Origin: an uncultured delta proteobacterium
Lineage (GTDB): Bacteria > Myxococcota > UBA727 > VGSZ01
Assembly: GCA_963775425.1 (NCBI GenBank)
Contig: CAVZJB010000016.1
Span: 704,001 to 768,000, forward strand
DNA: 64,000 bases
Reading direction: 5' to 3'
Below are positions 45,313 to 55,552 of the stretch, piece by piece. The position numbers and the translations under genes were made by a program. The notes under the pieces are model-generated. The model was given only the letters and a program-made list of their open reading frames with translations, searched no databases and was not told the origin of the DNA. Numbering within the stretch: position 1 is the stretch's first letter; every line of letters starts with the position of its first letter.

Positions 45313-46410
45313 TCAGGCGACCGGAGGGGCGGCGGCGCTCAATTCGGCGCCGTCGGCGTACTTGTGCCGGTTGAGCGCGCCCCACAAGGCGCCCGCCGCG
45401 AAGCCGCCGACGTGGGCCCACCAGGCGACGCCGCCGGTCTGGTGGACCTGGAGCTCGTGGAAGCCCCACCAGGCCTGCAGGCCGAGCCACGCGAGCAGGT
45501 AGAACCAGACGGGCACCTTGAAGCGGATGAAGAAGAGCACCTGATACACGCGCGCGCGCGGGAACAGCACGAGATACGCGCCCATGACGCCGGCGATGGC
45601 GCCGGACGCACCGAGGAGCGGCAGGTCACTGTCGAGCGAGAAGATCAGCTGCGACGTCATCGCGCACAGGCCGAACACGAGGTAGAGCACGAGGAACCGG
45701 AGGCGGCCCACGCGGTCCTCGACGTTGTCGCCGAAGGTGTAGAGGAAATACATGTTGAACGCGAGGTGCGCGACGCCGCCGTGCAGGAACATGTGCGTCA
45801 CCACGGACCACCGGTGGCGCCCGGCGAGCAGATCGCTCGGCACCACGCCGTACAAGCGCGTGAACGCCTCGGGGCTCCTCGACGCGAGCTCGAGGACGAA
45901 CACCACCGTGCACGCCGCGATGAGCGCGTAGCAGACCAGCGGGCGGCGGCGCACGGGCTGGTACTCCTCGACGGGCAACGACGTCAGCAACTGGAACGCG
46001 TACCAGCCGGCGCCCGTGCGCTTGTCGCCCGCGGGCACGGCGCCCGAGCGCGCGAGATCCCGCGTGGCCTGCGCCAGCCGCGCCCCCTCCCACGCGTCGA
46101 GCCACATGCCGAGGCAGACCGGACAGACGTCGACCTCGACCTCGGTGCCCGTCTCCGGCGGCGCCTTCAGCGCGTACGCGGTGAGGCGCCCGTGGCCCGC
46201 GGGACAGAGCAGCCGGCGCCGGCCCACGAAGCGCGCCGCGCTCGTGCGCTCCCACGTCGACGGCTCGGCGTTTTCGCCGAGCAGCGCGCGCGCCTCGCCG
46301 GCGTCGAAGAACGCACCCTGGCAGCGGGGGCAGACGTCGACGGTGACGTCGTTTCTCTGCTGTGGCACCAGCGTGAAGGTGCAGCGGGGACAGCGACGCC
46401 CCGCGCTCAC
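45313..46410 (-). CDS. Rhomboid protease with two N-terminal TFIIB-type zinc ribbons
   Basis: CPRC..VDVCPRCQGAFFDAGE, VDVCPVCLGMWLD; HMFLHGG..HL..NM, GASGA, AWWAHVGGF. Confidence 0.9.
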   Translation of the reverse strand: MSAGRRCPRCTFTLVPQQRNDVTVDVCPRCQGAFFDAGEARALLGENAEPSTWERTSAARFVGRRRLLCPAGHGRLTAYALKAPPETGTEVEVDVCPVCLGMWLDAWEGARLAQATRDLARSGAVPAGDKRTGAGWYAFQLLTSLPVEEYQPVRRRPLVCYALIAACTVVFVLELASRSPEAFTRLYGVVPSDLLAGRHRWSVVTHMFLHGGVAHLAFNMYFLYTFGDNVEDRVGRLRFLVLYLVFGLCAMTSQLIFSLDSDLPLLGASGAIAGVMGAYLVLFPRARVYQVLFFIRFKVPVWFYLLAWLGLQAWWGFHELQVHQTGGVAWWAHVGGFAAGALWGALNRHKYADGAELSAAAPPVA

Positions 46411-47747
46411 GCGCGCCTCGAGCCGCCCGCGCGCTCGAGCACGTCATCGACGGCGCGCTCGGCGGCGGCGAGCACGTCCTCGATCTCCCAGCGCGCGAGC
46501 GCGTGATCGCGCACGAGCCACTCCCCGTCGACGAACACGTGGCGGACGTCGCCGGCTTCGGCGCCGTATACGAGCGTGGTGAACGGGTCGGTGCGCGGGC
46601 GCATGTGCGGCGCGCTGGTGTCGACGACCGTGACGTCGGCGCGCTTGCCGGGCTCCAGGCTGCCGACCTCGGCGTCGATGCCGAGCACGCGCGCGCCCCC
46701 GAGCGTGGCGAGCTTGACGACGTCGCGCGCAGGCATCGACGCCGCCCCGAGCCGCGGCTTCTGCAAGAGCGCGCACAAGCGCATCTCGGTGAACGCGCTC
46801 ATGCGGTTGTTGCACGGCGCGCCGTCGGCGCCGATGCCGAGGGTGACGCCCTGCTCGAGGAGCTCCGGCACCTTGGCGACGCCGGAGGCGAGCTTGAGGT
46901 TGGCGGACGGACAGTGCGCCACCTTGGTGCCGGCCTCGCGCAGGATGCGCTGCTCCTCGGACGTGAGCCATACGCAGTGGGCGAGGACGACGTCCTTGCC
47001 GCTGACGCCGAGATCGGCCAGCGCGACGACGTTGTCCTTGCCGGTGGCCGCGCGCACGGCGTCGAGCTCGCCGGGGTTCTCGCTCGAGTGCGTGTGCACG
47101 AGGCAGCCGCGCTTGCGCGCGAGCGACGCCGCCTGGCGCAGCGCCGTGTCCGTGCACGACAGGATGAAGCGCGGCGAAAAAGCATAGCGCAGCCGGCCGT
47201 TCCCCTTGCCGTGCCACCGCGCCGCGACGTCGTCGCTGTGCTTGAGGCTGTCGTCGGTGGACTCCTTCAAGCCGCCGGGCCGGCTGTGACCCTTGTCCAT
47301 CATGGCCTTGCCCGACGTGAGCCGGATGCCGCTCTCCTCGGCCACCTGGAAGATGACGTCGGTGTGGCGGACGCTCCCCATGTCGAGCGCGGCCGTGGTG
47401 CCGCCGAGGAGCAGCTCGGAGATGCCGAGCCGCGCCGAGGCCGCCATGCTCTCGGGCGTGTGCGCGCCCTCGTAGGGCCAGATGTGCTGCGTGAGCCAGT
47501 CCAGGAGCGGCAGGTCCTCGGCGAAGCCGCGAAAGAGCGCCTGGCACAGGTGAAGGTGGGCCTGCACGAAGCCGGGCATCACGATGCAGCCGCGCACGTC
47601 CACCGTGCGCGCGCCGGGCGCCGCCTGGATGGCGCCGACGCCGACGATGCGGCCGTCGCGGATGTGGACGTCGCCCTCGACGACGCGGTCGTCGCCGTCG
47701 CAGGTGACGACGGTGCCGCCCTGGAGGACCAGGTCGAGCGCGCTCAC
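46407..47747 (-). CDS. Amidohydrolase (5'-deoxyadenosine/MTA-SAH deaminase family)
   Basis: PGFVQAHLH, HTHSSE, AHCVW, HCPSANLKLASG, GADGAPCNN. Confidence 0.88.
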   Translation of the reverse strand: MSALDLVLQGGTVVTCDGDDRVVEGDVHIRDGRIVGVGAIQAAPGARTVDVRGCIVMPGFVQAHLHLCQALFRGFAEDLPLLDWLTQHIWPYEGAHTPESMAASARLGISELLLGGTTAALDMGSVRHTDVIFQVAEESGIRLTSGKAMMDKGHSRPGGLKESTDDSLKHSDDVAARWHGKGNGRLRYAFSPRFILSCTDTALRQAASLARKRGCLVHTHSSENPGELDAVRAATGKDNVVALADLGVSGKDVVLAHCVWLTSEEQRILREAGTKVAHCPSANLKLASGVAKVPELLEQGVTLGIGADGAPCNNRMSAFTEMRLCALLQKPRLGAASMPARDVVKLATLGGARVLGIDAEVGSLEPGKRADVTVVDTSAPHMRPRTDPFTTLVYGAEAGDVRHVFVDGEWLVRDHALARWEIEDVLAAAERAVDDVLERAGGSRRA

Positions 47748-48184
47748 GCCGGCCCCGGACGCCGCCGGCGGCCGCTGTCGAGGAGCGCCGGCGTGAAGCT
47801 TCCCGGGAACAGCTTCTTGAGCGTGGTTCGGACGCGGGCGCCGGCGGGGTTGACGAGGACGATCTCGAGGCCCGGAGCGAACTCGGCGAGCACCTGGCGG
47901 CACATCCCGCAGGGCGGCGACGGCGGGGTGCTGGCGGTGGCGATGGCGATGGCGCGAAACGCGCGCCGGCCCGAGGTCACGGCGGTGGAGACCGCCGAGC
48001 GCTCGGCGCAGACGCACAAGCCGTAGCTCGCGTTTTCGACGTTGCAGCCCGGGATCACGGTGCCGTCCTCGCACAACAGCCCTGCGCCCACGCGAAAGCG
48101 CGAGTAGGGCGCGTACGCTTTGTCTCGCGCGCGGAGGGCTTCCTCGACGAGCGCGTCCTCGATCTGCCGCCCGAGCTTCACCAC
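47744..48184 (-). CDS. cdd: Cytidine deaminase
   Basis: AYAPYSRFRVGA, GCNVENASY, CAER, PCGMCRQ. Confidence 0.96.
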   Translation of the reverse strand: MVKLGRQIEDALVEEALRARDKAYAPYSRFRVGAGLLCEDGTVIPGCNVENASYGLCVCAERSAVSTAVTSGRRAFRAIAIATASTPPSPPCGMCRQVLAEFAPGLEIVLVNPAGARVRTTLKKLFPGSFTPALLDSGRRRRPGPA

Positions 48185-48428
48185 GGGGCATCCTAGGTGC
48201 GATTCCGACGCCGGCGCCACAAATCGCCCACGCCGGCGCCCGCGCCCGCGTCCGCGCGCTGCAGGGGCGCCCCACGAGGAAGGGCCATGACGACAGGAGC
48301 GGCCGGCGGCGCGACGGGCGGCGAGTCGCTAGCGTCCGCGAGTCACCACGAGCGATGCGCCCCCGTCGGCTGCGTGCACGCAGTCAGCAATTGCCGCTTC
48401 GCGTCGAATGTGCTTTGGGAGACGGACT

Positions 48429-51392
48429 GTGAAGTATGCGCCACTGCCTTGGGTCCACCTCGCCGACGCACTCCGGCCCTCCGTCCGCAAGCTCCGCATC
48501 GTCCTCGAAGAGCCCGCGTTTGGCGGGGAGCGCTGCTTCGTCCGCCTCCACGACGGGCCACGCTCGGAGTCCATCGTCGACACCCGCGCCCTCCTCACCG
48601 GGCAGACGCCGCTGTCGGCGCGCGAGCGCGCCGCCGTGGAGATCCTCCACGAGGCGGGCCCGAGCCACGCCAAGAAGGGCCGCTTCTCGCTCACCAAGGC
48701 GCAGGTGGGGCGGCTGCTCGCGTTCGCCCAGGACGTCCCGCTCGAGGTCGAAGGCAAGGGCGGGATCGCCGTCATGTCGAGGCCCGCGCGCATCACGGGC
48801 CGGGTGAGAGACCTCGAGGGCGGCACCGCCCTCGTGTTCGAGGCCGTCGACGCCGACGGCGGCACCGTCGAGAAGCCGCAGATCCTCGGTGAGCGGGAGG
48901 CCTTCCTCCTCGACGAGCAGCTCAAGCTCTTCCGCGTGGCGCCGCCGCTGCTCCCGGGCGAGGCGGGCGCGCTGCTCGGCTGCGAGCCCTTGATGCTCCA
49001 GGGGCTCACCACCGACGAGGGCAAGGGCGGGTTCGAGGCGGTGGTCGGCCTCGGCGCCGACCTCGCCGATCTCGTCGAGGTCGCGCGCCAGTCCGATCCC
49101 GCCCCGCACATCGTGCTGCGCGCCATGCTCACGCGCGCCGACGACGGGCCCGGCTTCGCCCTGCGCGTCCACCTCGTCACCGAGCTTCATTGCGCGGGCC
49201 TCGACGACGAGGTCGAGGTCAGCTCGCGCGGCGCCCTGCCGCCGGTCCACGCCATCGAGGTCCCGGCCCAGAAGCCCAACGGCCGCGCCAGGACCAAGGC
49301 CAAGGCGGCGGCCGAGGAGGAGGAGGGCTCGGCGATCCTGGTCGCACGCCCGTCCACCGACGAGGAGATCGCCCGGCGCGCCCTGTTCGACATCGGCCTG
49401 CACGCCGCGGCGTCGCACCGCGGCTTCACGGCCGTGGGCGAGCCCTCGCTCGACATGCTCGTGAAGATCGCGGGCCGCGAGGGCCTCCCCGACTTCGTCC
49501 ACGTCGACGCCGACGCCCTGCCCCGCATCGTGCGCCTGCCCTCGGTGCCCATGCTCAACGTGCGCCGCATCCCCGGCGACAAGCGCGGCCTGTTGTCGGT
49601 GCGGCTCGACCTCGGCGAAGAGGCGCGCAAGCTCGCGCTTCAGTTCGACGACATCGTGCGCGCCGTCGTCGCCGGCCGCCGCTCGCTGCTCCTCGACGAG
49701 GACACCGTGCTCGGCTTCACGCCCGAGGCCGGCACCTCGCTCGAGCTCATCGCGGACACCCTCGAGCTCAAGGACGCGTCGTCGGCCCGCGAGCTCGGGC
49801 CGGCGGAGCTCGCCATGCTCGTCGCCGGCCTCGAGGGCCGCGTCCACATCGACGCCGACGACCCGTCCATCCAAAAGCGCGTCGAGGAGTTCCTCAAGGC
49901 GCCCGACGAGGCCGACCGCGCCTTGCCGAAGACCCTGAACGCCAGGCTGCGGCCCTACCAGGAGGAGGGCGTCGCCTGGCTGTCCCAACTGCACCGCCTC
50001 GGCGTCGGCCGCATCCTCGCCGACGACATGGGCCTCGGAAAGACGCTGATGGCGCTCACCCTCGTGGCCAAGGCCAAGGAGGGAGAGGGCAAGAAGCCGT
50101 CGCTGGTGGTCGCGCCCACCAGCGTGCTCGACGTCTGGGTGGACGAGGCCCGCCGCCACGTGCCCGATCTCGACGTCCTGAAGTGGCACGGCCGCGATCG
50201 CCGCGGCCTCGATCAAAAGGCGCTCGACGCCGACGTGGTGGTCACGTCGTACGCGCTCCTGCGGCGCGACGTCGAGGGCGCCCTCGGCGCCGTCGACTTC
50301 CGCTATATGATGCTCGACGAAGCGCAGAACGTGAAGAACAGCTCCACCGAGGCGTGGAAGGCCGCGCGACAGGTGAAGAGCGACCAGCGCATGGCGCTCA
50401 CCGGTACGCCCATCGAGAACCGCGTCGAGGAGCTGTGGTCCATCCTCGACCTCGTCGCGCCCGGCCTCCTCGGCAGCGAGCGCAGCTTCGAGCGCCGCTA
50501 CGGCCGCCCCATCGCCAAGGGCGACGTCGTCCGCCTCGACGAGCTGCGCCGCCGCACGCGGCCTGTGATCCTGCGGCGCAAGAAGGAGGACGTGGCCAAG
50601 GACCTCCCGCCCAAGATCGAGACCATCCTGCGCTGCGAGATGGATCCCGAACAGCGCTCGCTCTATCTGCGCGTGCTCGCCGAGGTGCGCGCCGACGTGC
50701 AGAAGGCGCTGCAGGTGCACACGAGGGCCCGCGCCCGCGCCCCCATCCTCGCGGCGCTCATGCGCCTGCGCCAGGTGTGCTGCGACCCGCGCCTCGTGCT
50801 CGCCAACGCCGACGAGGAGGCCAAGGCCGCCGACCGCCTCAACGCCGCCGGCGTCCCCTCCGCCAAGCTCGACCTCTTCGAAGAGGTGATGACGGAGGCG
50901 CTGGCGGAGCCGGAGCGCAAGGTCATCGTGTTTTCGCAGTTCGTGGAGATGCAGAAGCTCATCCACGAGGTGCTGAGGACCGTCGGCGCCGACAACGCCC
51001 TGTGGCTCCACGGCGGCACCAAGAACCGCGGCGACGTCGTGGCGCAGTTCCAGGACAAAAACGGCCCGCGCGTCATCGTGGTCTCGCTGAAGGCCGGCGG
51101 CACCGGCGTCACCCTCACCGCCGCCGACACCGTCGTCCACTACGACCCATGGTGGAACCCAGCCGTCGAGGACCAGGCCACCGACCGCGCCCACCGCATC
51201 GGCCAGGAGAAGACGGTCCACGTCATCAAGCTCGCCTGCGAGGACACCATCGAGGAGCGCATGCTGCTGCTCGGCGAGGACAAGCGCGCCGCGGCCGAGA
51301 GCGTGCTCGGCAAGGACGGCCCCGGACCCAAGGCGCTCTCGCTCGAGGAGATCGAGGGCATGCTCGAGGCCGAAGCCACCCGCGGCTATTGA
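48429..51392 (+). CDS. SNF2-family helicase/translocase
   Basis: LRPYQ, LADDMGLGKT, DEAQ, LTGTPIEN, SLKAGGTG, DPWWNPAVEDQATDRAHRIGQ. Confidence 0.95.
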   Translation: MKYAPLPWVHLADALRPSVRKLRIVLEEPAFGGERCFVRLHDGPRSESIVDTRALLTGQTPLSARERAAVEILHEAGPSHAKKGRFSLTKAQVGRLLAFAQDVPLEVEGKGGIAVMSRPARITGRVRDLEGGTALVFEAVDADGGTVEKPQILGEREAFLLDEQLKLFRVAPPLLPGEAGALLGCEPLMLQGLTTDEGKGGFEAVVGLGADLADLVEVARQSDPAPHIVLRAMLTRADDGPGFALRVHLVTELHCAGLDDEVEVSSRGALPPVHAIEVPAQKPNGRARTKAKAAAEEEEGSAILVARPSTDEEIARRALFDIGLHAAASHRGFTAVGEPSLDMLVKIAGREGLPDFVHVDADALPRIVRLPSVPMLNVRRIPGDKRGLLSVRLDLGEEARKLALQFDDIVRAVVAGRRSLLLDEDTVLGFTPEAGTSLELIADTLELKDASSARELGPAELAMLVAGLEGRVHIDADDPSIQKRVEEFLKAPDEADRALPKTLNARLRPYQEEGVAWLSQLHRLGVGRILADDMGLGKTLMALTLVAKAKEGEGKKPSLVVAPTSVLDVWVDEARRHVPDLDVLKWHGRDRRGLDQKALDADVVVTSYALLRRDVEGALGAVDFRYMMLDEAQNVKNSSTEAWKAARQVKSDQRMALTGTPIENRVEELWSILDLVAPGLLGSERSFERRYGRPIAKGDVVRLDELRRRTRPVILRRKKEDVAKDLPPKIETILRCEMDPEQRSLYLRVLAEVRADVQKALQVHTRARARAPILAALMRLRQVCCDPRLVLANADEEAKAADRLNAAGVPSAKLDLFEEVMTEALAEPERKVIVFSQFVEMQKLIHEVLRTVGADNALWLHGGTKNRGDVVAQFQDKNGPRVIVVSLKAGGTGVTLTAADTVVHYDPWWNPAVEDQATDRAHRIGQEKTVHVIKLACEDTIEERMLLLGEDKRAAAESVLGKDGPGPKALSLEEIEGMLEAEATRGY

Positions 51393-51463
51393 TCGGGGGG
51401 CGTCCTGTCTCGCCCGCATCAATCGCGTTGGCACCGACCGCCGTTGCCGCTACCTTCGGCGGC

Positions 51464-52033
51464 ATGACTCGTCTCTTCGTCGTCGCCACCCTCAGCGCGT
51501 CCGCCCTCCTCCTCACCGCCTGCCCGCCGAAGGCCAAGCCCGAGCAGCTCCCGCCCGCCGGCCTCGCCGGCGCGCCCGCCACGGGTCAGCCGCTCACGCT
51601 GCCGGGCGCGGGCGTCCCCGTCGCCACGCCGTCCGGAGGCACGCCGTCGACGCAGCTCCCGCCCGGGCACCCGCCCATCCCCGGCGCCAACAGCGGCGGC
51701 GACGCGGACAGCGGCGCCATGCCTGCGGGCCACCCGGCGATGCCGGGCGCCATGGGCGCCATGCCCGGCGCCGGCGACCCCAGCGGCGGCGCCAACGTCG
51801 TGCTCAGCGGCCCGGTCCTCGAGACCATGGACGTCACCGAGTACACGTACATGCGCGTGAAGACCGGCGACGGCGACACCTGGGTCGCCGTCACCAAGAC
51901 GCCCGTGGCCGTCGGCGACGTCGTCACCGTGAACCAGTCGCTGGTGATGACGGACTTCCACTCGAAGAGCCTCAACCGCACGTTCCCCAAGCTCGTGATG
52001 GGGATGATGGTCGGCGCGCCGAAGAAGCCCTGA
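51464..52033 (+). CDS. Lipoprotein with PxGHP motifs and NrfJ-like C-terminal domain
   Basis: LLTAC lipobox; LPPGHPPI, MPAGHP; GPVLETMD..YTYM...WVAV...MTDFHSKSLNRTF. Confidence 0.72.
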   Translation: MTRLFVVATLSASALLLTACPPKAKPEQLPPAGLAGAPATGQPLTLPGAGVPVATPSGGTPSTQLPPGHPPIPGANSGGDADSGAMPAGHPAMPGAMGAMPGAGDPSGGANVVLSGPVLETMDVTEYTYMRVKTGDGDTWVAVTKTPVAVGDVVTVNQSLVMTDFHSKSLNRTFPKLVMGMMVGAPKKP

Positions 52034-53838
52034 TGTCCCCCGGCGGCGGACGAGCCGCCGCGCCGCGGCACGCGGGGGGCGGCGGCGCTTGGCTCGTCGT
52101 CGTCGCCGCCGCCGCCGCTGTCGCTATCGCCCTGGCGGCGGACGCGGTGCTCGCGGCCCCGCTGTTTTTCTCCAACGACGGCTTCCACCACATCTTCTCG
52201 GCGTGGGGCCGGGCGCACCTCGACGATCCCGCGCTCGGCTACGCGCGCTACTTCCACGGCAACCTCCCGCCGAGCGCCAACGGCGTCGCCGACCTCTTCG
52301 CGTGGCTCGCGCCCGCGGTCGGCTGGCGCCTCGCCCACCAGCTCACCGTCGTCGTCATCGCCGCGGTCTGGATCGCCGGCAGCGTCGCGTTGGCGGCGTC
52401 TGTGCACCCGCGCCGCGCGCTCGTCGGCCTCGTCGCCGGCGCGTGCGCGCTCGGCTTCAACCTCTACCTCGGCTTCTTCGAGTTCGCGCTCGCCACCGGC
52501 ATCGGCTTCTTCGCGCTGGCGCTCGCGATCCGCTCGCCCGTCGCGCCGCCGGCGACGTCGCGGCGGGTGGTGGTGGCCGCGCTCCTGCTCGGCGCGAGCT
52601 TCGTGCACTTCCTCGCGGCGGCGCTGACGGGCTTCACGGTCGCCGTCGTTTGGCTCGCGCGCGTCGAACGAGGCGCGGGGCCGCGCGCGTGGCTCCGCGA
52701 GCTCGTCGCCGTCGCCGCCGTCGGTCTGCCGGCGGCGATCCCCGCCGTGCTCGCCGCCGGCGCCGTCGGCGGCCTCCCCGACGTCGACGAGAGCGCGCCG
52801 CTCGCCGTCCGCCTCGGCGCGCTCGGGATGTGCACCGTCGGGGGACCCTGGTGGCGTCAGCTCCCCGTGTTCGCCGCCGCCGGCGCCGCCGGCGTCGCGC
52901 TCGTCGTCACCCGCCGCGATCGCGGCCGCGTGGAGATCGCGCTCGGCGCGCTCGCGGCGGCGTTCGCCGTCGTCCCGTGGGTGGTGCCTTGGAGCGTCTT
53001 CGGCTGGCAAAACGTCGCGTCGCGGCCGCTGCCCCTCGCCGTGGCGCTCTTCGCGGCGCTCCTGCCGGTGGAGCGCCTGCCGCGCGCGGGCCGCGCCGTC
53101 GCCGCCGCCGCCGCCTGCGCGTTCTTCGCCGCCGCGACGTTGTGGGCGCGCGCCCTCGACGTCGAGGTCGCGCGCGAGTCCGCCGACGTCTTGCGCGTCC
53201 TCGCGCGCGCGCCGCCGAACACCGGCTACCGCTGGCCGTTCATCCTCACGGCGCTGCCGGCCGTGGAGCGCGCGGGGATGGTGCGCTGGGATCCGCAGCG
53301 CGGGCTCGGCTCGCTCTTCGCGCTCGTGCAGGGGGGCTTCGTCGCGTACGCGCACGTGGTGAGCCCGCAGGCGCACACGCTCTTGCTGAAGCCGGAGGTG
53401 AAGGAGGCCCTGCCCCCGCCGCCGCTGCGATCGCGGTGGGTGACGCCGCTGAGAGCCGACGACGATCCGGTCGAGCGCCGCCGCGCGCTCGCCGTGCTCA
53501 TGAGCCAGGCGATGCAGGTCGACGGCGTGATCGTGATCGAGCGCCCCGCGGATCACCCCCAATGGAAGGCGCGCGGGTTCACGGTGGACCTCGAGGACGG
53601 CCGCGTGCTGCTCGCCCGGTTCACGGGCTGCTCGCTCACCGTCGACAGCGCTGCGCCCCGCGACGTCTCGATCGCGATGGCCCCGGAGAGCCCGGCGCTG
53701 TTGCGGCGGGTGGCCCACGTCGACGGCCCCACCAGGGTCGACCGCGTCCCCTGCGGCGCCGTCACCGTCGCCGGCTGCGGCTCCGCCGTCCTGTCGCCCG
53801 ACGCGGCGCCCCTGGTGCGGTGCGGGCCCGGGTCGTGA
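52033..53838 (+). CDS. Polytopic membrane protein, possibly GT-C glycosyltransferase-like
   Basis: ~11 hydrophobic helices; NDGFHH loop after TM1; YLGFFEF; soluble C-terminal region. Confidence 0.6.
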   Translation: MSPGGGRAAAPRHAGGGGAWLVVVAAAAAVAIALAADAVLAAPLFFSNDGFHHIFSAWGRAHLDDPALGYARYFHGNLPPSANGVADLFAWLAPAVGWRLAHQLTVVVIAAVWIAGSVALAASVHPRRALVGLVAGACALGFNLYLGFFEFALATGIGFFALALAIRSPVAPPATSRRVVVAALLLGASFVHFLAAALTGFTVAVVWLARVERGAGPRAWLRELVAVAAVGLPAAIPAVLAAGAVGGLPDVDESAPLAVRLGALGMCTVGGPWWRQLPVFAAAGAAGVALVVTRRDRGRVEIALGALAAAFAVVPWVVPWSVFGWQNVASRPLPLAVALFAALLPVERLPRAGRAVAAAAACAFFAAATLWARALDVEVARESADVLRVLARAPPNTGYRWPFILTALPAVERAGMVRWDPQRGLGSLFALVQGGFVAYAHVVSPQAHTLLLKPEVKEALPPPPLRSRWVTPLRADDDPVERRRALAVLMSQAMQVDGVIVIERPADHPQWKARGFTVDLEDGRVLLARFTGCSLTVDSAAPRDVSIAMAPESPALLRRVAHVDGPTRVDRVPCGAVTVAGCGSAVLSPDAAPLVRCGPGS

Positions 53839-53948
53839 GCGCGACGAGGGGCGCGCTCACGGCCGGCTTGGTTACATAGGAGACAAAATAACGACGAGCG
53901 GGTGGAGGAACGGACGACATCGGGAGAAGCGGTGCTAGGGTCCGCCGC

Positions 53949-54314
53949 GTGGAAGGCTACGCGGCTCAGTACGGCTCCCTCGTCGTGTTCATCGTCGTCG
54001 GAGCGCTCTTTCCGATCGCACCCCTGGTCGCGGCTTCGATCATCGCGCCGAAGAAGCCGTCGCAGACCAAGGAAGACACCTACGAGTGCGGCCTGGAGTC
54101 CAAGGGCGACCCGTGGGTGGCGCTCAAGGTGCAGTATTACGTGTACGCGCTCGCCTTCGTGGCCTTCGACCTCGAGGCGCCGTTCCTCTACGCGTGGGCC
54201 GTGGTGTTCCACAAGCTCTCGGTCTTCGCGTTCGTGGAGATGATGATCTTCATCGCGGTGCTCGTCGTCGGGCTGGCGTGGGCGTGGAAGAAGGGGGCGC
54301 TGGAGTGGAGGTGA
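53949..54314 (+). CDS. nuoA: Complex I subunit A
   Basis: YECG, FVAFDLE, WKKGALEW. Confidence 0.95.
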   Translation: MEGYAAQYGSLVVFIVVGALFPIAPLVAASIIAPKKPSQTKEDTYECGLESKGDPWVALKVQYYVYALAFVAFDLEAPFLYAWAVVFHKLSVFAFVEMMIFIAVLVVGLAWAWKKGALEWR

Positions 54315-54317
54315 CCG

Positions 54318-55004
54318 GTGCCCATCGATGAAGGACTGAAGAGCGAGCTGGCCAAGTCCGGCATCGTCGCCACGACGTTCGAGCAGCTCTACAACTGGGG
54401 CCGCAAGAGCTCGATCTGGCCGTTGCAGTTCGGCCTCGCCTGCTGCGCCATCGAGATGATCGCCACCGCCGCCGCGCGCTTCGACCTGTCGCGCTTCGGC
54501 GCCGAGGTCTTCCGCGCGTCGCCGCGCCAGGCGGACCTCATGATCGTCGCCGGCACGGTGACCAAGAAGATGGCCCCGCAGGTGGTGCGCCTGTGGAACC
54601 AGATGCCGGAGCCCAAGTACTGCATCGCCATGGGCGCCTGCGCCATCGCCGGCGGCCCGTTCAAGCAGGGCTACAACGTCCTCAAGGGCATCGACCGCTT
54701 CATCCCCGTCGACGTCCACATCCCCGGCTGCCCGCCGCGGCCCGAGGCGCTCCTGCACGCGCTCATCACGCTGCAGAAGAAGATGGACGCGCAGCGCTTC
54801 AAGAAGCTCAGCGAGCCGGTGCCCACGCACATCGCCGACCGCCCCGCCGAGTACCCCATCCCCGAGCTCGGCGCGCACGACCTCACGCCGGCGTCGAACC
54901 CCGCGGTCTGGCACCCGCCCAAGCTCGGCCGCACGCTGCCCATCGTCGAGGACGTGCCGCCCGCGCCGGCGCCGCCGGGCGAAAAGGCCAAGGAGCCCGC
55001 ATGA
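54318..55004 (+). CDS. nuoB: Complex I subunit B
   Basis: [31 protein letters not shown]. Confidence 0.96.
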   Translation: MPIDEGLKSELAKSGIVATTFEQLYNWGRKSSIWPLQFGLACCAIEMIATAAARFDLSRFGAEVFRASPRQADLMIVAGTVTKKMAPQVVRLWNQMPEPKYCIAMGACAIAGGPFKQGYNVLKGIDRFIPVDVHIPGCPPRPEALLHALITLQKKMDAQRFKKLSEPVPTHIADRPAEYPIPELGAHDLTPASNPAVWHPPKLGRTLPIVEDVPPAPAPPGEKAKEPA

Positions 55005-55552
55005 GCGAGCCATCCACCCTCGGCACGCTCGAGGAGATCAAGGCGCGCATCGAGGCCGCCGTCCCCGCCGCCGCCGGCAAGGTGAGCGTGGAGGCGCCGG
55101 CGCTGGTGATCGAGCGGGACGCGCTCGTCGAGGTCTGCCGCTTCCTCAAGACGGACGACGCGCTTCGCCTGAATTTTCTCTCGAACCTGTGCGCCGTCGA
55201 CTGGCTCAAGCCCGCGCCGCGGCTCGAGGTCGTCTACCACCTGTTCTCCGTCGAGAAGCGCCACGGGCCCCTCACGCTCAAGTGCCGCACCGGCGACCGC
55301 GGCGAGGACGTCCACGTGCCGTCCGTGACCCCGGTGTGGCGCAGCGCCGAGTACCAGGAGCGCGAGGCCTTCGACCTGTACGGCGTCATCTTCGACGGGC
55401 ACCCGGACCTCCGCCGCATCCTCATGTGGGACGGCTTCGAGGACCACCCCATGCGCAAGGACTACGCACCTCCCGACGACTACGAGTGGGAGCCCACCGC
55501 GCACGACCACGTCCTCGACAAGGCGCGCGACCACCACAAGGTGTCGTCATGA
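55001..55552 (+). CDS. nuoC: Complex I subunit C
   Basis: [21 protein letters not shown]...HPMRKDY. Confidence 0.95.
   Translation: MSEPSTLGTLEEIKARIEAAVPAAAGKVSVEAPALVIERDALVEVCRFLKTDDALRLNFLSNLCAVDWLKPAPRLEVVYHLFSVEKRHGPLTLKCRTGDRGEDVHVPSVTPVWRSAEYQEREAFDLYGVIFDGHPDLRRILMWDGFEDHPMRKDYAPPDDYEWEPTAHDHVLDKARDHHKVSS

Noticed and set aside
48185-51392. SNF2 helicase plus deaminases as a possible anti-phage system
   Set aside because: Divergently transcribed, housekeeping-type sequences, host-like composition, and no nuclease or methylase partner
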